Assembly: GCA_030390025.1 (NCBI GenBank)
Contig: CM059425.1
Coordinates: 174,408,001 to 174,472,000, forward strand
Length of the DNA stretch: 64,000 nt
Source of the DNA: Squalus acanthias
Taxonomy: Eukaryota
Reading direction: 5' to 3'
A program made the position numbers and the translations under genes. This document shows positions 1-11,582 of this stretch, in pieces (the first letter of the stretch is position 1; the number at the start of each line of letters is the position of its first letter). The notes below the pieces were generated by a model. The model had not been told where the DNA came from and did not search any database. It saw only the letters and a program-made list of their open reading frames with translations.

Positions 1-342
1 ATTTATATAGCACCTTTAAAGTAGTAAAACGTCCCAAGGCGCTTCACAGGAGCATTATAAGACAAAAATTTGACACCGAGCCACATAAGGAGAAATTAAG
101 GCAGGTGACCAAAAGCTTGGTCAAAGAGGTAGGTTTTAAGGAGCGGCTTAAAGGAGGAAAGAGAGGTAGAGACGCGGACAGGTTTAGGGAGGGAATTCCA
201 GAGCTTAGGGCCGAGGCAACAGAAGGCACGGCCACCAATTATTGAGCGATTATAATCAGGGATGCTCAACATGGCAGAATTAGAGGAGCGTAGATATCTC
301 AGGGTGGGCGGGGGGGGGGGGTGCGGTTGTAGGGCTGGATGA
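1..342 (-). mobile_element. L2 LINE 3' fragment
   Basis: Encodes GGRAFCCLGPKLWNSLP...FKPLLKTYLF, a typical L2 ORF2 C-terminus; same tail as 19305-20315 and 40413-41830. Confidence 0.85.
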
Positions 343-344
343 GA

Positions 345-2397
345 TTTTTTTTTTAATTCGTTCATGGGATGTGGGCGTCACTGCAAGGCCAGCATTTATT
401 GCCCATCCCTAGTTGCCCTTGAGATGCTGGTGGTGAGCCACCTTCTTGAACCATTGCAGTCCGTGTGGTGAAGGTTCTCCCACAGTGCTGTTAGAGAGGG
501 AGTTCCTGGATTTTGACCCAGCGACGATGAAGGAACGGCGATATACTTCCAAGTCAGGATGGTGTGTGACTTGGAGGGGAACCTGGAGGTGGTGGTGTTC
601 CCATGCGCCTGCTGCCCTTGTCCTTCGAGGTGGTAGAGGTCGCGGGTTAGGGAGGTGCTGCCAAAGAAACCTTGACGAGTTGCTGCAGTGCATCTTGTAG
701 ATGGTACACACTGCAGCCACGGTATGCCGGTGGTGGAGGGAGTGAATTTTTAAGGTGGTGGATGGGGTGCCAATCAAGCGGGCTGCTTTATCTTGGATGG
801 TGTCGAGCTTCTTTAGTGTTGTTGGAGCTGCACTCATCCAGGCAAGTGGAGAGTATTCCATCACATTCTTACTACAGTTGTACACGGCCTTGGTGAGACC
901 ACACCTGGAGTACTGTGTGCAGTTTTGGTCTCCTTATCTAAGAAAGGATATACTTGCCATAGAGGGAGTGCAGCGAAGGTTCACCAAACTGATTCCTTGG
1001 ATGGCAGGACTATCGTATGAGGAGAGATTGGCTGACTAGGCCTGTATTCACTAGAGTTTAGAAGAATGAGAGGGGATCTCATTGAAATGTATAAAATTCT
1101 GACAGGGCTAGACAGACTGGATGCAGGGAGGATGTTTCCCCCGGCTGAGGGGTCTAGAACGAGGGGTCACAGTCTCAGGATACGGGGTAGGATATTTAGG
1201 ACTGAGATGAGGAGAAATTTCTTCACTCAGAGGGTGGTGAACCTGTGGAATTCTCTACCACAGAAAGCTGTGGAGGCCAAGTCACTGAATATATTTAAGA
1301 AGGAGATAGATAGATTTCTAGACACAAAAGGCATCAAGGGGTATGGGGAGAGAGTGGGAATATGGTTTTGAGATAGAGGATCAGCCATGATCATATTGAA
1401 TGGCGGAGCAGGCTCGAAGGGCTGAGTAGCCTACTCCTGCTCCTATTTTTCTATGTATCACACTCCTGACTTCTGCCTTGTAGATGGTGGAAAGGCTTTG
1501 GGGAGTCAGGAGGTGAGACACTCACCGCAGAATACCCAGCCTCTGACCTGCTCTTGCAGCCACAGTATTTATGTGGCTGGTCCAGTTAAGTTTCTGGTCA
1601 ATGGTGACCCCCAGGATGTTGATGGTGGGGGATTCAGCGATGGTAATGCCGTTGAATGTCAAGGGGCGGTGTTTAGAACCTCGCTTGTTGGATATAGTCA
1701 TTGCCTGGCACTTGTGTGGCGCGAATGTTACCTGCCACTTATCAGCCCAAGCCTTAATGTCATCCAGGTCTTGCTGCATGCGAGCATGGACTGCTTCATT
1801 ATCTGAGGAGTTGCGAATGGCACTGAACACTGTGCAGTCATCAGCGAACATCCCCACTTCTGACCTTATGATGGAGGGAAGGTCATTGATGAAGCAGCTG
1901 AAGATGGTTGGGCCTAGGACACTGCCCTGAGGAACTCCTGCAGCGATGTCCTGGGGCTGTGATGATTGACCTCCAACCACCACAACCTTTGTGCTAGGTA
2001 TGACTCCAACCAGTGGAGAGTTTTCCCCCCAATTCCCATTGACTGCAGTTTTACTAGGGCTCCTTGATGTCACACTCGGTCAAATGCTGCCTTAATGTCA
2101 AGGGCAGTCACTCTCACTTCACCTCCGGAATTCAGCACTTTTGTCCATGTTTGGACCAAGGCTGTAATGCGGTCGGGAGCCGAGTGGTCCTGGCGGAACC
2201 CAAACTGAGCATCAGTGATCAGGTTACTGGTGAGTAAGTGCTGCTTGATAGCATTGTCGATGACACCTTCCATCACTTTGCTGATGATTGAGAGTAGACT
2301 GATGGGGCGGTAATTGGCCGGATTGGATTTGTCCTGCTTTTTGTGGACAGGACATACCTGGGCAGTTTTCCACATTGTCGGATAGATGCCAGTGTTA
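345..2397 (-). mobile_element. 5'-truncated copy of the tRNA-headed CR1/Jockey-group LINE, split by a CR1 insertion
   Basis: RT motifs LDIKAAFDRV, GVPQGSVLGP, FADD, MEYSPLAWMSAAP; poly-A tail at ~345-354; near-identical to 60300-61750. Confidence 0.9.
866..1456 (+). mobile_element. CR1 LINE 3' fragment nested in the previous LINE
   Basis: [30 protein letters not shown] and a CR1 3' UTR; ATCACA direct repeat at 860-865 and 1457-1462 (TSD). Confidence 0.93.
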
Positions 2398-3506
2398 TAG
2401 CTAACATGGGAGCCAGAAAAGGAAATTGGGTGGTCAGCAGTTTGGTGGGAATAGGTTCGAGGGAGCAGGAAGTGGCAGCTCTATTTTCACAGTATTGCAG
2501 CTACACTTTTTATTCAAATTACTTTAAATCCTTAAATAAAAATGTAGTGTAAGCTTGTCAAATTTAAGAGTTTCTAAATACAGCAAATTATTTCTCCCGG
2601 CCTTCAAATATTAACTAATGACATTGACAAGACTCAATTTTTTTCCATGGGTTGGACCCATGGAAGATCCTTTAAATAATATAAAATGTATGGAAAGGGA
2701 GATGACTTTTACTACAAGAAATGCAGCTATTCCTGGAACCAATCACCGCATCCTCTAGTTTGGGGAACAATTACACAATTATTGCGGGTCTTTATCAAAT
2801 ATAATTAACAAAAAATATTGCTTTTCTACACCAGAAATTTCCTTTTTGATACTGACAAAGATGTTGACAAAGATGTATAATCATATGTTGTAGTGCGGTT
2901 GAAAATACAGCTGCCGTGTACAATGTGACGGCTATTATTCACAGGCAATGTGAAGCAATAGCACATGATTCCATTTGTCCTGATCCAAAAGGGAATCATT
3001 TTATGGTAATTTTTAAAACCACGGGGGCATCTATTTGAGTTTTAGCTTTGTCTGCAGGCCCTGTGGGATTGGTCTGCTCAATAAAATCCTACTTCATGAG
3101 ACATGTTATTAAATTTAGCTTGGTTAATAAAAGATTGTGAAACTGTAACTTAGTTAAAATGGAGACAGAGGAGTCAGGTGTTTATTAGACAGCATGAGAT
3201 TAAAAAGGAAAATGTCGTATATTATTTCAGGAATCACTATTGATTAAAAGGAATTGAATTGATCAATTATGAATGAGGGAGAAATAGTTCAGTAACAATA
3301 ATGTTCTATATTTAATGTCTTCCCAGCTTGAATGATAAAACCGAACAATTAATGTATTGCTATAAGCAAAAATAGCACAATGCTTAAAATGCGCAAATTT
3401 ACTGAAACCTTTGTCTTTTAAAATACAAAGATTAATTCAGCTGAGGAATTTCTCTGCACAATATTCCTTCCTTTAAGCAAAGCAGTTGTTCAGTGAAATT
3501 GATTAC

Positions 3507-3590
3507 CTGTACCGGTGTCTGTACCCTAGAGACCCCAGCTTACTAAGTTTTCGTGACATAGAATTTGAATACTCATCGGTTTCAGGCAAT
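3507..3590 (-). CDS. EPB41L4A: EPB41L4A coding exon (FERM-adjacent region), 84 bp
   Basis: ttcaatcag / gtaatc; encodes (R)LPETDEYSNSMSRKLSKLGSLGYRHRY(S), cf. recalled human MPENESNSLSRKLSKFGSIRYKHRYS, which distinguishes this paralogue. Confidence 0.92.
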
Positions 3591-3739
3591 CTGATTGAAT
3601 AAAATGAAAGAATTTTACTTAAAGAACATACAGTTAATAAATTATAGTTCTCTGACAGTGAAAAAAATGGCAGTGAAAAAAAATAAGGTGCTGTTTAAGA
3701 TAAATATTTTACATTTGTTGTACACTTAGGAAAGACATG

Positions 3740-3920
3740 AAGCAAGGGCAGGATCAGGCTCAGCTATGAACGGGCCTGCAATTCAATAATTACCGACTCT
3801 CACTGCCATGATCACTTGGGCACATGACCCTAAGCTTTTGCAATTGCATTCCAGAATAAATCACTGCCTACAGCAGAAAAGGGATAAGGAGAGAAGAAAA
3901 AAACTGGAGTAAGGGAAAAA
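3740..3920 (+). mobile_element. Degenerate LF-SINE-like 3' half
   Basis: ggcaggatcaggctcagctatga...ccgactctcactg...atcacttgggc resembles the recalled LF-SINE consensus and the copy at 42855-43075. Confidence 0.5.
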
Positions 3921-4163
3921 TGAATAAGAAATGCCCCTCCCTGCAATTTCCATCCTGATGCAGAGGCATACATTACTTGACACGAGCACATCTTGGTGGA
4001 AGTAGCACCACTAAAGGTTAAAGGCCAGTTTACTCACAACAGCCAATCTCAAAGCCTTTCTACAAAAGGAACTGCTGGCTACTCAAAAAAACATTTTCGT
4101 CTGTCCCTCTGGCCTCAATTGTGAATTTCCTCCCTCTACCCAACATTGTGGACGCCCCAGCTG

Positions 4164-5250
4164 CAACACTGCTGGTGTTGTGACTGCCCAACACTGCTGG
4201 TGCGGGTGACTGCCCAACACTGCTGGTGCGGGTGACTGCCCAACACTGCTGGTGTAGGTGACTGCCCAACACGGCTGGTGCGGGTGACTGCCCAACACGG
4301 CTGGTGTTGTGACTGCCCAACACTGCTGGTGCGGGTGACTGCCCAACACTGCTGGTGCGGGTGACTGCCCAACACGGCTGGTGTAGGTGACTGCCCAACA
4401 CTGCTGGTGTAGGTGACTGCCCAACACTGCTGGTGTGGGTGACTGCCCAACACTGCTGGTGCGGGTGACTGCCCAACACTGTTGGTGCGGGTGACTGCCC
4501 AACACTGCTGGTGCAGGTGACTGCCCAACACTGCTGGTGTAGGTGACTGCCCAACACTGCTGGTGTAGGTGACTGCCCAACACGGCTGGTGCGGGTGACT
4601 GCCCAACACTGCTGGTGTTGTGACTGCCCAACACTGCTGGTGTGGGTGACTGCCCAACACGGCTGGTGCGGGTGACTGCCCAACACGGCTGGTGTTGTGA
4701 CTGCCCAACACTGCTGGTGTTGTGACTGCCCAACACTGCTGGTGTAGGTGACTGCCCAACACTGCCGGTGTAGGTGACTGCCCAACACTGCTGGTGTAGG
4801 TGACTGCCCAACACTGCTGGTGTAGGTGACTGCCCAACACTGCTGGTGTTGGTGACTGCCCAACACGGCTGGTGTGGGTGACTGCCCAACACGGCTGGTG
4901 TTGTGACTGCCCAACATGGCTGGTGTTGTGACTGCCCAACACGGCTGGTGTGGGTGACTGCCCAACACGGCTGGTGTTGTGACTGCCCAACATGGCTGGT
5001 ATTGTGACTGCCCAACACGGCTGGTGCGGGTGACTGCCCAACACGGCTGGTGCGGGTGACTGCCCAACACTGCTGGTGTAGGTGACTGCCCAACACTGCT
5101 GGTGCGGGTGACTGCCCAACACTGCTGGTGTAGGTGACTGCCCAACACTGCTGGTGTAGGTGACTGCCCAACACTGCTGGTGCGGGTGACTGCCCAACAT
5201 GGCTGGTGCGGGTGACTGCCCAACATGGCTGGTGCGGGTGACTGCCCAAC
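4164..5250. repeat. Minisatellite, 25/26-bp unit TGACTGCCCAACAC(T/G)GCTGGTG(CGGG/TAGG/TGGG/TTG), about 42 copies
   Basis: Directly visible head-to-tail array; source of three spurious 350-390 aa ORFs. Confidence 0.98.
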
Positions 5251-5924
5251 TTATGTAAACGCCCCGACTTCAGGAAGTTGAAGTTGGACTTGCACCACCA
5301 TGGTTACGGCAGAACACACAGGTTTTCAGGCCCCTGTCGTCTGAGCACTTACAGCGACAAAACCATTCAGATATTTTTTTTTTTATCGACAATAAAGATA
5401 TTAATGAACAAAATAAATATACAAAAACACATTCAACCAGGAGTGAGGAAGTTAGAATTAATTCTTCAACTGTATTTCTACAATCATTGTTTGCTTATCA
5501 CATTTAAGGCAAACTTATGTAAAAAGATTGCTCCCATTGAAACATGAGTCCAGACGGGCAGGTGCACCACTATTCTTGATTCTCCAAATAATAAAAATGT
5601 GTCAAATTAATAGTATATGGAGTGGGGTGGTGGGCATAGTCCTGACTAACCAACGTTGTATGCAGGCATTCTTCTGTAGTGTTCCAAGCAAATTATGCAG
5701 GATGCATGTACACAATTCACTGCCATGCAATGGAACTACAATGACAGAAACCAGACACGACACCGTGATGCACAGGATCACGGTTAATAATGCTGTTACA
5801 ATTATAACACCGTATCCTGAATGCCACTGTACTCCACACTTGATGTGGCGACCTCAGAAAGCTTGCATCTTTATTGAACAAAGACAGCATCGCACAACAT
5901 TCCACAGACCTTTGCAAGATACTA

Positions 5925-8130
5925 ATTTTGGTTGTAATCTACCAATATTCTCTGGATTCTGGAGAGGTCTCAGCAAATTGGAAAACCGCAAATGTAACTC
6001 CCCTATTCAAGAAAGGAGGGAGACAGAAAGCAGGAAACTATAGGCCAGTTAGCCTAACATCTGTCATTCAGAAAATGCTGGAATCCATTATTAAGGAAGT
6101 AATAGCAGGACATTTAGAAAATCATAATACAATCAAGCAGAGTCAACATGGTTTTATGAAAGGGAAATCGTGTTTGACAAATTTACTAGAGTTCTTTGAG
6201 GATGTAACAAGCAGGGTGGATAAAGGGGAACCAGTAGATGTAATGTATTTGGATTTCCAGAAGGCATTCGAAAAGGTGCCGCGTAAAAGGTTACTGCACA
6301 AGATAAGAGCTCACGGTGTTAGGGGTAATATATTAGACTGGATAGAGGACTGGCTAACTGACAGAAAACAGAGAGTTGGAATAAATGGATCATTTTCAGG
6401 TTAGCAAACTGTAATGAGTGGGGTGCCACAGGGATCAGTGCTGGGGCCTCAACTATTTACAATCTATATTAATGACTTGGACCAAGTGTACTGTTGCCAA
6501 ATTTGCTGACGATACAAAGATAGGTGGGAAAGCAAGTTATGAGGAGTACACAAAGGGCTGGATTTTGAATGACCCGTGGAGTCGGGTTTGGAGGCGTGTG
6601 GGGGGTTAAATTTGCGGGGTCGGGACCCCCGACCCCATCCCGCCTCCACGCAATTTTGACAAAATCAGTCGCGGGGTTCCCGACTCCGTCCCACCTCCAA
6701 GAGGCGGGAGAGGCCATTAAAGCCCTTAACAAGCCCTAAATTGGCTCTGTAATGCCATTTTGAAACGTTTTAGCTAGTTTAACCCTTTCCGACGTGAAGT
6801 ACGCCTGATGTGAAACACTCCAGTGAAACCTGGCGGGAGCACAAGTGGATAGCTGACTATCAGCTGCAGGCCCACTAATACAACGGAGATGTGATGAAGG
6901 TAGTATTAGGTGTGAAAGTCGTGTCTGATGCTGCTGCATTGAATGTCTTCAGACTTGGTCTCTCTCTCTCTCTCACACACACACATTCATTGATTCATCC
7001 AGGTCCACTCACAGCTAAAGCCAGGCAGATCCTCTCTCACCAACATCCAGTCAGTCTCTGAGACCAGGCAGCAACAATGATGACATCATCAGAGGCGACT
7101 TTCAGACTCAAACCACTAATTAGTTCATGGGTTCCCACATGCTGGAACTCAATTGCTCAATTAAGTGAAAATTGCATCATTCATCCACAATAATCTGGAG
7201 TCGGGGGGGGAACACGAAATGCGGATAACACGACCCCAAGACAAAATCCAGCCCCTTGAGTCTGCAAAGGGATAGAGATAGGTTAAGTGAGTGGGCAAAA
7301 ATTTGGCAGATGGAGTATAATGTGGGAAAATGTGAGGTTATCCACTTTGGTAGGAAGAATAAAAAAGTAAAATATGATTTAAATGGAGAGAGACTACAGA
7401 ATGCTGCGGTACAGAGGGATCTGGGTGTCCTCGTACATGGAACACAGAAAGTTAGCATGCAGGTACAGCAAGTAATTAGGAAGGCAAATGGAATATTGGC
7501 CTTTATTGCAAGGGGGATGGAGTATAAAAGTTGGGAAGTCTTGCTACAACTGTACAGGGCGTTGGTGAGACCACACCTGGAGCACTAGGTACAGTTTTGG
7601 TCTCCTTATTTAAGGAAGGATATACTTGCATTGGAGGCAGTTCAAAGAAGGTTCACTAGGTTGATTCCTGAGTTGAAGGGGTTGTCTTATGAGGAAAGGT
7701 TGGGCCTATACTCATTGGAGTTTAGAAGAATGAGAGGTGATCTTATTGAAACATATAAGATTCTGAGGGGGCTTGACAGGGTAGATGCAGGGAGGATGTT
7801 TCCCCTCGTGGGGGAATCTAGAACTAGGGGGCATAGTTTCAGAATAAGGGATCACCCATTTAAAACGGAGATGAGGAAGAATTTCTTCTCTCAGAGGGTC
7901 GTGAATCTTTGGAATTCTCTACCCCTGAGAGCTGTGGAGGCTGAGTCGTTGAATACATTCAAGGCGGAGATACACAGATTTTTGAAAAACAGGGGAATCA
8001 AGGGTTATGGGGAGCGGGCAGGAAAGTGGAGTTGAGGCCAAGATCAGATCAGCCATGATCTTATTGAATGGCGGAGCAGGCTCGAGGGGCTGAATGGCCT
8101 ACTCCTGCTCCTATTTCTTAAGTTCTTATA
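5925..8130 (+). mobile_element. CR1 LINE, 5'-truncated RT region, interrupted by a MITE
   Basis: NYRPVSLTS, QHGFMKGKSCLTNL, YLDFQKAF, KFADDTK; CR1 3' UTR; stops and frameshifts. Confidence 0.95.
6555..7254. mobile_element. Non-autonomous DNA transposon (Harbinger-type MITE) inside CR1
   Basis: Perfect 13-bp TIR GGGCTGGATTTTG...CAAAATCCAGCCC; the CR1 reading EEYTK|SLQRD resumes after it. Confidence 0.8.
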
Positions 8131-8560
8131 CTAATCTCCCAGTGATTTACCAGATACCAGTGATTTAAAGACATGGAGAAAAGACAAATAAATCAATGTT
8201 ACACTTTCCATACCTCTCCTAGTATATATGTAAATGACTTGAATAAAATAGAAGTTGATGAAATTGAATGTGTATTTGCGGTCTCTGCACAGTGCTTGGC
8301 TACCACAAAACTATATTTCTCTTTTATGGAGCATATAAACATTTTATTTGCAAAATGGGAGCCCTTGCATAAATGTACATAAATTTACACTACACATATT
8401 CTTTTAATGCTTTTCACCAAGATTATTATTTAGGTACAAATGAACAGCTGCTAGAGTATTGTCACTTGGTCTATAGGGATTGTCTTGCAGAAATTAAGGC
8501 CTACTTTAGTGCTCTGTTGGTTCTTCAGATCTAGGAGTAATGGAATATTAGGGTACATAC

Positions 8561-8652
8561 CTGAAAAATGTGTGATATTCCACGCAGCATCTCCATAGAT
8601 GCTTACAGGCTGCTTTGCTGGGTACCTCAAAGAAGTATGATGTTTCAGTGCA
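8561..8652 (-). CDS. EPB41L4A: EPB41L4A coding exon (end of FERM-C), 92 bp
   Basis: ttttatttgtag / gtatgt; encodes [30 protein letters not shown](R), with the CKHLWxCxVExHTFFR FERM motif. Confidence 0.95.
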
Positions 8653-8769
8653 CTACAAATAAAAAAGTAAATAATGTGAAATTTAATTTATCTTTTTGGT
8701 GTTTCATATTTACCATACAAGTCTGACAATGAAAAAAAAAATCCCCATAAAATAAATGAAATGTTCAAA

Positions 8770-9565
8770 TGCTGCCAATAAGCAATAATGATTTAAAATA
8801 ATAGCTGTGTGCTATCTGATTGACGGGCTTGGTTGCCTGTCGGACGGGGAAGGCTCCAGGAAAGGCCGCAGCCGAGGAACAGGTAAGTTTAGTTGTGGTT
8901 GGCGGGGGGAGGGAGCGGGAGAAGAGATCACACAGCGGGGGTAGAGCGTGTTGGAGGGGGATGCAGCGTGATCGCAGCGGGATGGGTACAGTGTGGTTGG
9001 GGGAATCAGGGTTGATCGCGGGGTAGTCAGGGATGATCACTGAGGGGGGTCGGGGAAGCTGACATATCGCGGGGAGATCAGCGATCGCTGGGGGTGATTC
9101 AGTAAAGGGGGGGGTCGGGGAATATCACGGGGGGTCAGGGGTGATTGCGGGCGGGTCGGGTAAGCTGACAGATTACGGGGGATTCGGTGATAGCGGGAGG
9201 TAGTTCATGGAAGTCGGGGGGGGTGGGGTTTACAAGGTAGTTGGGCTTGCAGGAAACTCTCCTGCTCCTCCTGGATCCAGCCTTTCTCGCCTCTTTTTAC
9301 TCGCCTGGTTTCTGAGGCCAGGGAAACCCGCAGGACAGCAATAAAAAATAAAAACCTTGTTAAAATTAAGGCACGCTGCCTCCTTAAAAGGTTTCAACGA
9401 CTGACCCACCTCCTGAGAGCGGATTGGTTGACCGCCCCTCGTCCCGCCTCTGTTAAAACCGGAAGTGTGCAGTTTCGAGGCGGGTTTCCTGGTTGAAATT
9501 TTTTATATTTTTACTTTCCACCTGACCCAAACCCACCCATTTTTTGGAGGTTAAAACTACCCCCA
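8770..9565. mobile_element. Non-autonomous element (probably Harbinger-type) with an internal degenerate GATCGCGGGG repeat
   Basis: Shares left (gattgac.ggct.gttgcctgtc.gac) and right (tcctgagagcggattggt...ctctgttaaaacc.gaagtg...ggttaaaa.t.ccccc) blocks with 11583-13535. Confidence 0.65.
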
Positions 9566-9788
9566 AAGTCTCATGTCTTTAATTTCTTTTATAATGCTTC
9601 TTTCTACTGTTTTATGTAAATATCATCTCTGATCATCTTCTGTTTTTCTCTCAAGCACGTTACAAGATATTTAATTCATATTTCCTCTCTTGTGTGTTGT
9701 TTTGATCTTTTCCTCCCCTTCCCATTATATACAAATGCTATTCATTCTTCATTTTCCAGTTCTGTTCAAGGGTTACACCCAAAACATT

Positions 9789-10400
9789 GGGGTAGAAATT
9801 GGACCTTGTTTTGTCCATCTTACGGGCCAATTTCGGGGACCAATGTCCCACAAACAAGGACGCCTGAAAGACATCCAACCTGATATTGGGTTGACCTATT
9901 TTTCAGGTGTCCCTGGCAGCCACCTAAAACTGGATTTAGTCCCCTTACAAATGTAAATGAGGGGCCTAACTTCTGTTTTAGGCCCCTTCTGGGAAACTGC
10001 ACATCGCTGAGCAGAGCAAGCGCCGAGCCTGCTCTTCTCCGGATTCTTGAACGTCCGCTGCAACCTAAACAGCGCCCGCCAACAAAAGGTCAGATTTAAA
10101 AAAAAATTAAACCTTGCTGTGGAGCCAGGAGCAGCAGGTGTGTTGCCCCAATTGCAGTGTCCCAATCATCCCCCCTCCCCTCGCCATTGCCGCTCCTCCC
10201 CCCGGGACTTACTTTCAGGCCATTGCTGGTGAGGCAAGTGAGCCAGTATTCATTTTCTTCAAATGGGCAAGCTGCCTGTGGAGGCGCAACAGACACTGGC
10301 AGCTCACCCAATTAATATTAATGAGGCTCGAGACCGAATTCTGGGTCGGCCTCGGGACTCCCGGTTTGGGCATGCATCGTGACAGCGACAAAGTTCTACC
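9789..10400. mobile_element. MITE family copy 1 (TIR GGGGTAGAAATT / AAGTTCTACC)
   Basis: Imperfect TIRs; internal homology to 44711-45357 (gaggcaagt.agcc...gctgcctgtggaggc...cccaattaatattaatga). Confidence 0.7.
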
Positions 10401-11094
10401 GAATTAACTTGTCTGCTGTCTTTACAGATGCTGACTGACCTACTGCATGTTCCCAGCATTTTCTGTTTATACTTTATTAAAATATGTCAGCATATAAAGT
10501 GATAAAAACTGTTACATAAAATAACTGTTAAACCTTCTAGTGGCTTCACACAATGGTGTAGTGCTTAAGGTCACACATCACTAACATTTTTAATTTTCTT
10601 TCTCACATTTAGTGCGTTGGTATTTTGATCACGGGAGACAACATAAAAGTCTATGATTTGCCCCTTGGGATACAGAAGTTGGTTTCAGCAATGTAAAAGA
10701 GGTGAGCTAATATACAGACATCGGTCTCCCATGATCCAAAGTGTTAAGTGCAAAAGCAGCTTTACATCATGCAACATTCAAACGAACAATCCCACTCCTT
10801 ACTGGTGACAAAAAGCAACTTTAACATTTTGAATCAATATTAAAAACAGACATTAATGAACTTAGAGGATATGGGGGAGATGAGTGAGAAACAAGACAGA
10901 GTTGGGAGTACAGGGGTTGGGTAGGGATAGTCTGGGGGCATGTTTGGCTTGGTAGGCAAAGGGAAAGGGAAGGAAGCAACAGGTGTGGAACAGGGCGAGG
11001 TGCTCAAAGGAAGCGAAGAAGCCAGAGCATTGGGTGGGGAGAGATCAAGATGTGATTTGGTGATAAGGGAGACACCATTACTGCAGCGGCTCAA

Positions 11095-11170
11095 GTTGAA
11101 GCTCACCACCACCTTCTCAAGAGCAACGAGGGATGGACAATAAATGCTGGCCTTGCTAGTGACATATCAC
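11095..11170 (+). mobile_element. Isolated 3' tail of the tRNA-headed LINE family
   Basis: ctcaccaccaccttctcaag.gcaa..agggatgg.caataaatgctggccttgc matches 61658-61715. Confidence 0.8.
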
Positions 11171-11582
11171 AGTGATTAATAAAGGTATATCTTTTAAAAT
11201 TAATCTGATGAATTTATGAGCATACATCAAATAATTGACAGTCAAATTACTTCTAAGCCAAATTTTCAAATATGTACTAAGGTACACATCACATTCAGCT
11301 TGATTTTTATGATTTATTTCCTTGCAAACTGTAAAATAATTTACCATTTTTGTTTTTATTCACACTTGTATTAAAAAAGTTTGTTTGTTTACAAAATTTT
11401 GCCAGTATATCAAATTACTTTACTTTTTCCCCTCAGTGTCCCTGCAATCCCCAGCCATTACTATCTACAGACAAGAAAATAGATGGCCTGCTATCAGTAA
11501 CTACCCATGCCACACTTTAGCTGGTCACCAGGAGGTGTGGGAGAGTAGTATTGGCATGAACAGCCCTCTGATTTGAACTCAC

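Noticed and set aside
4060..5249. Three 350-390 aa ORFs and a CRISPR-like look
   Set aside because: Head-to-tail minisatellite with no unique spacers; the ORFs result from a unit with no stop codon on the minus strand; eukaryotic intron.
5528..6043. 171-aa ORF with a small ACCGTGAT/ATCACGGT hairpin
   Set aside because: No recognisable domain; it runs out of frame into CR1; an 8-bp stem is within chance expectation.
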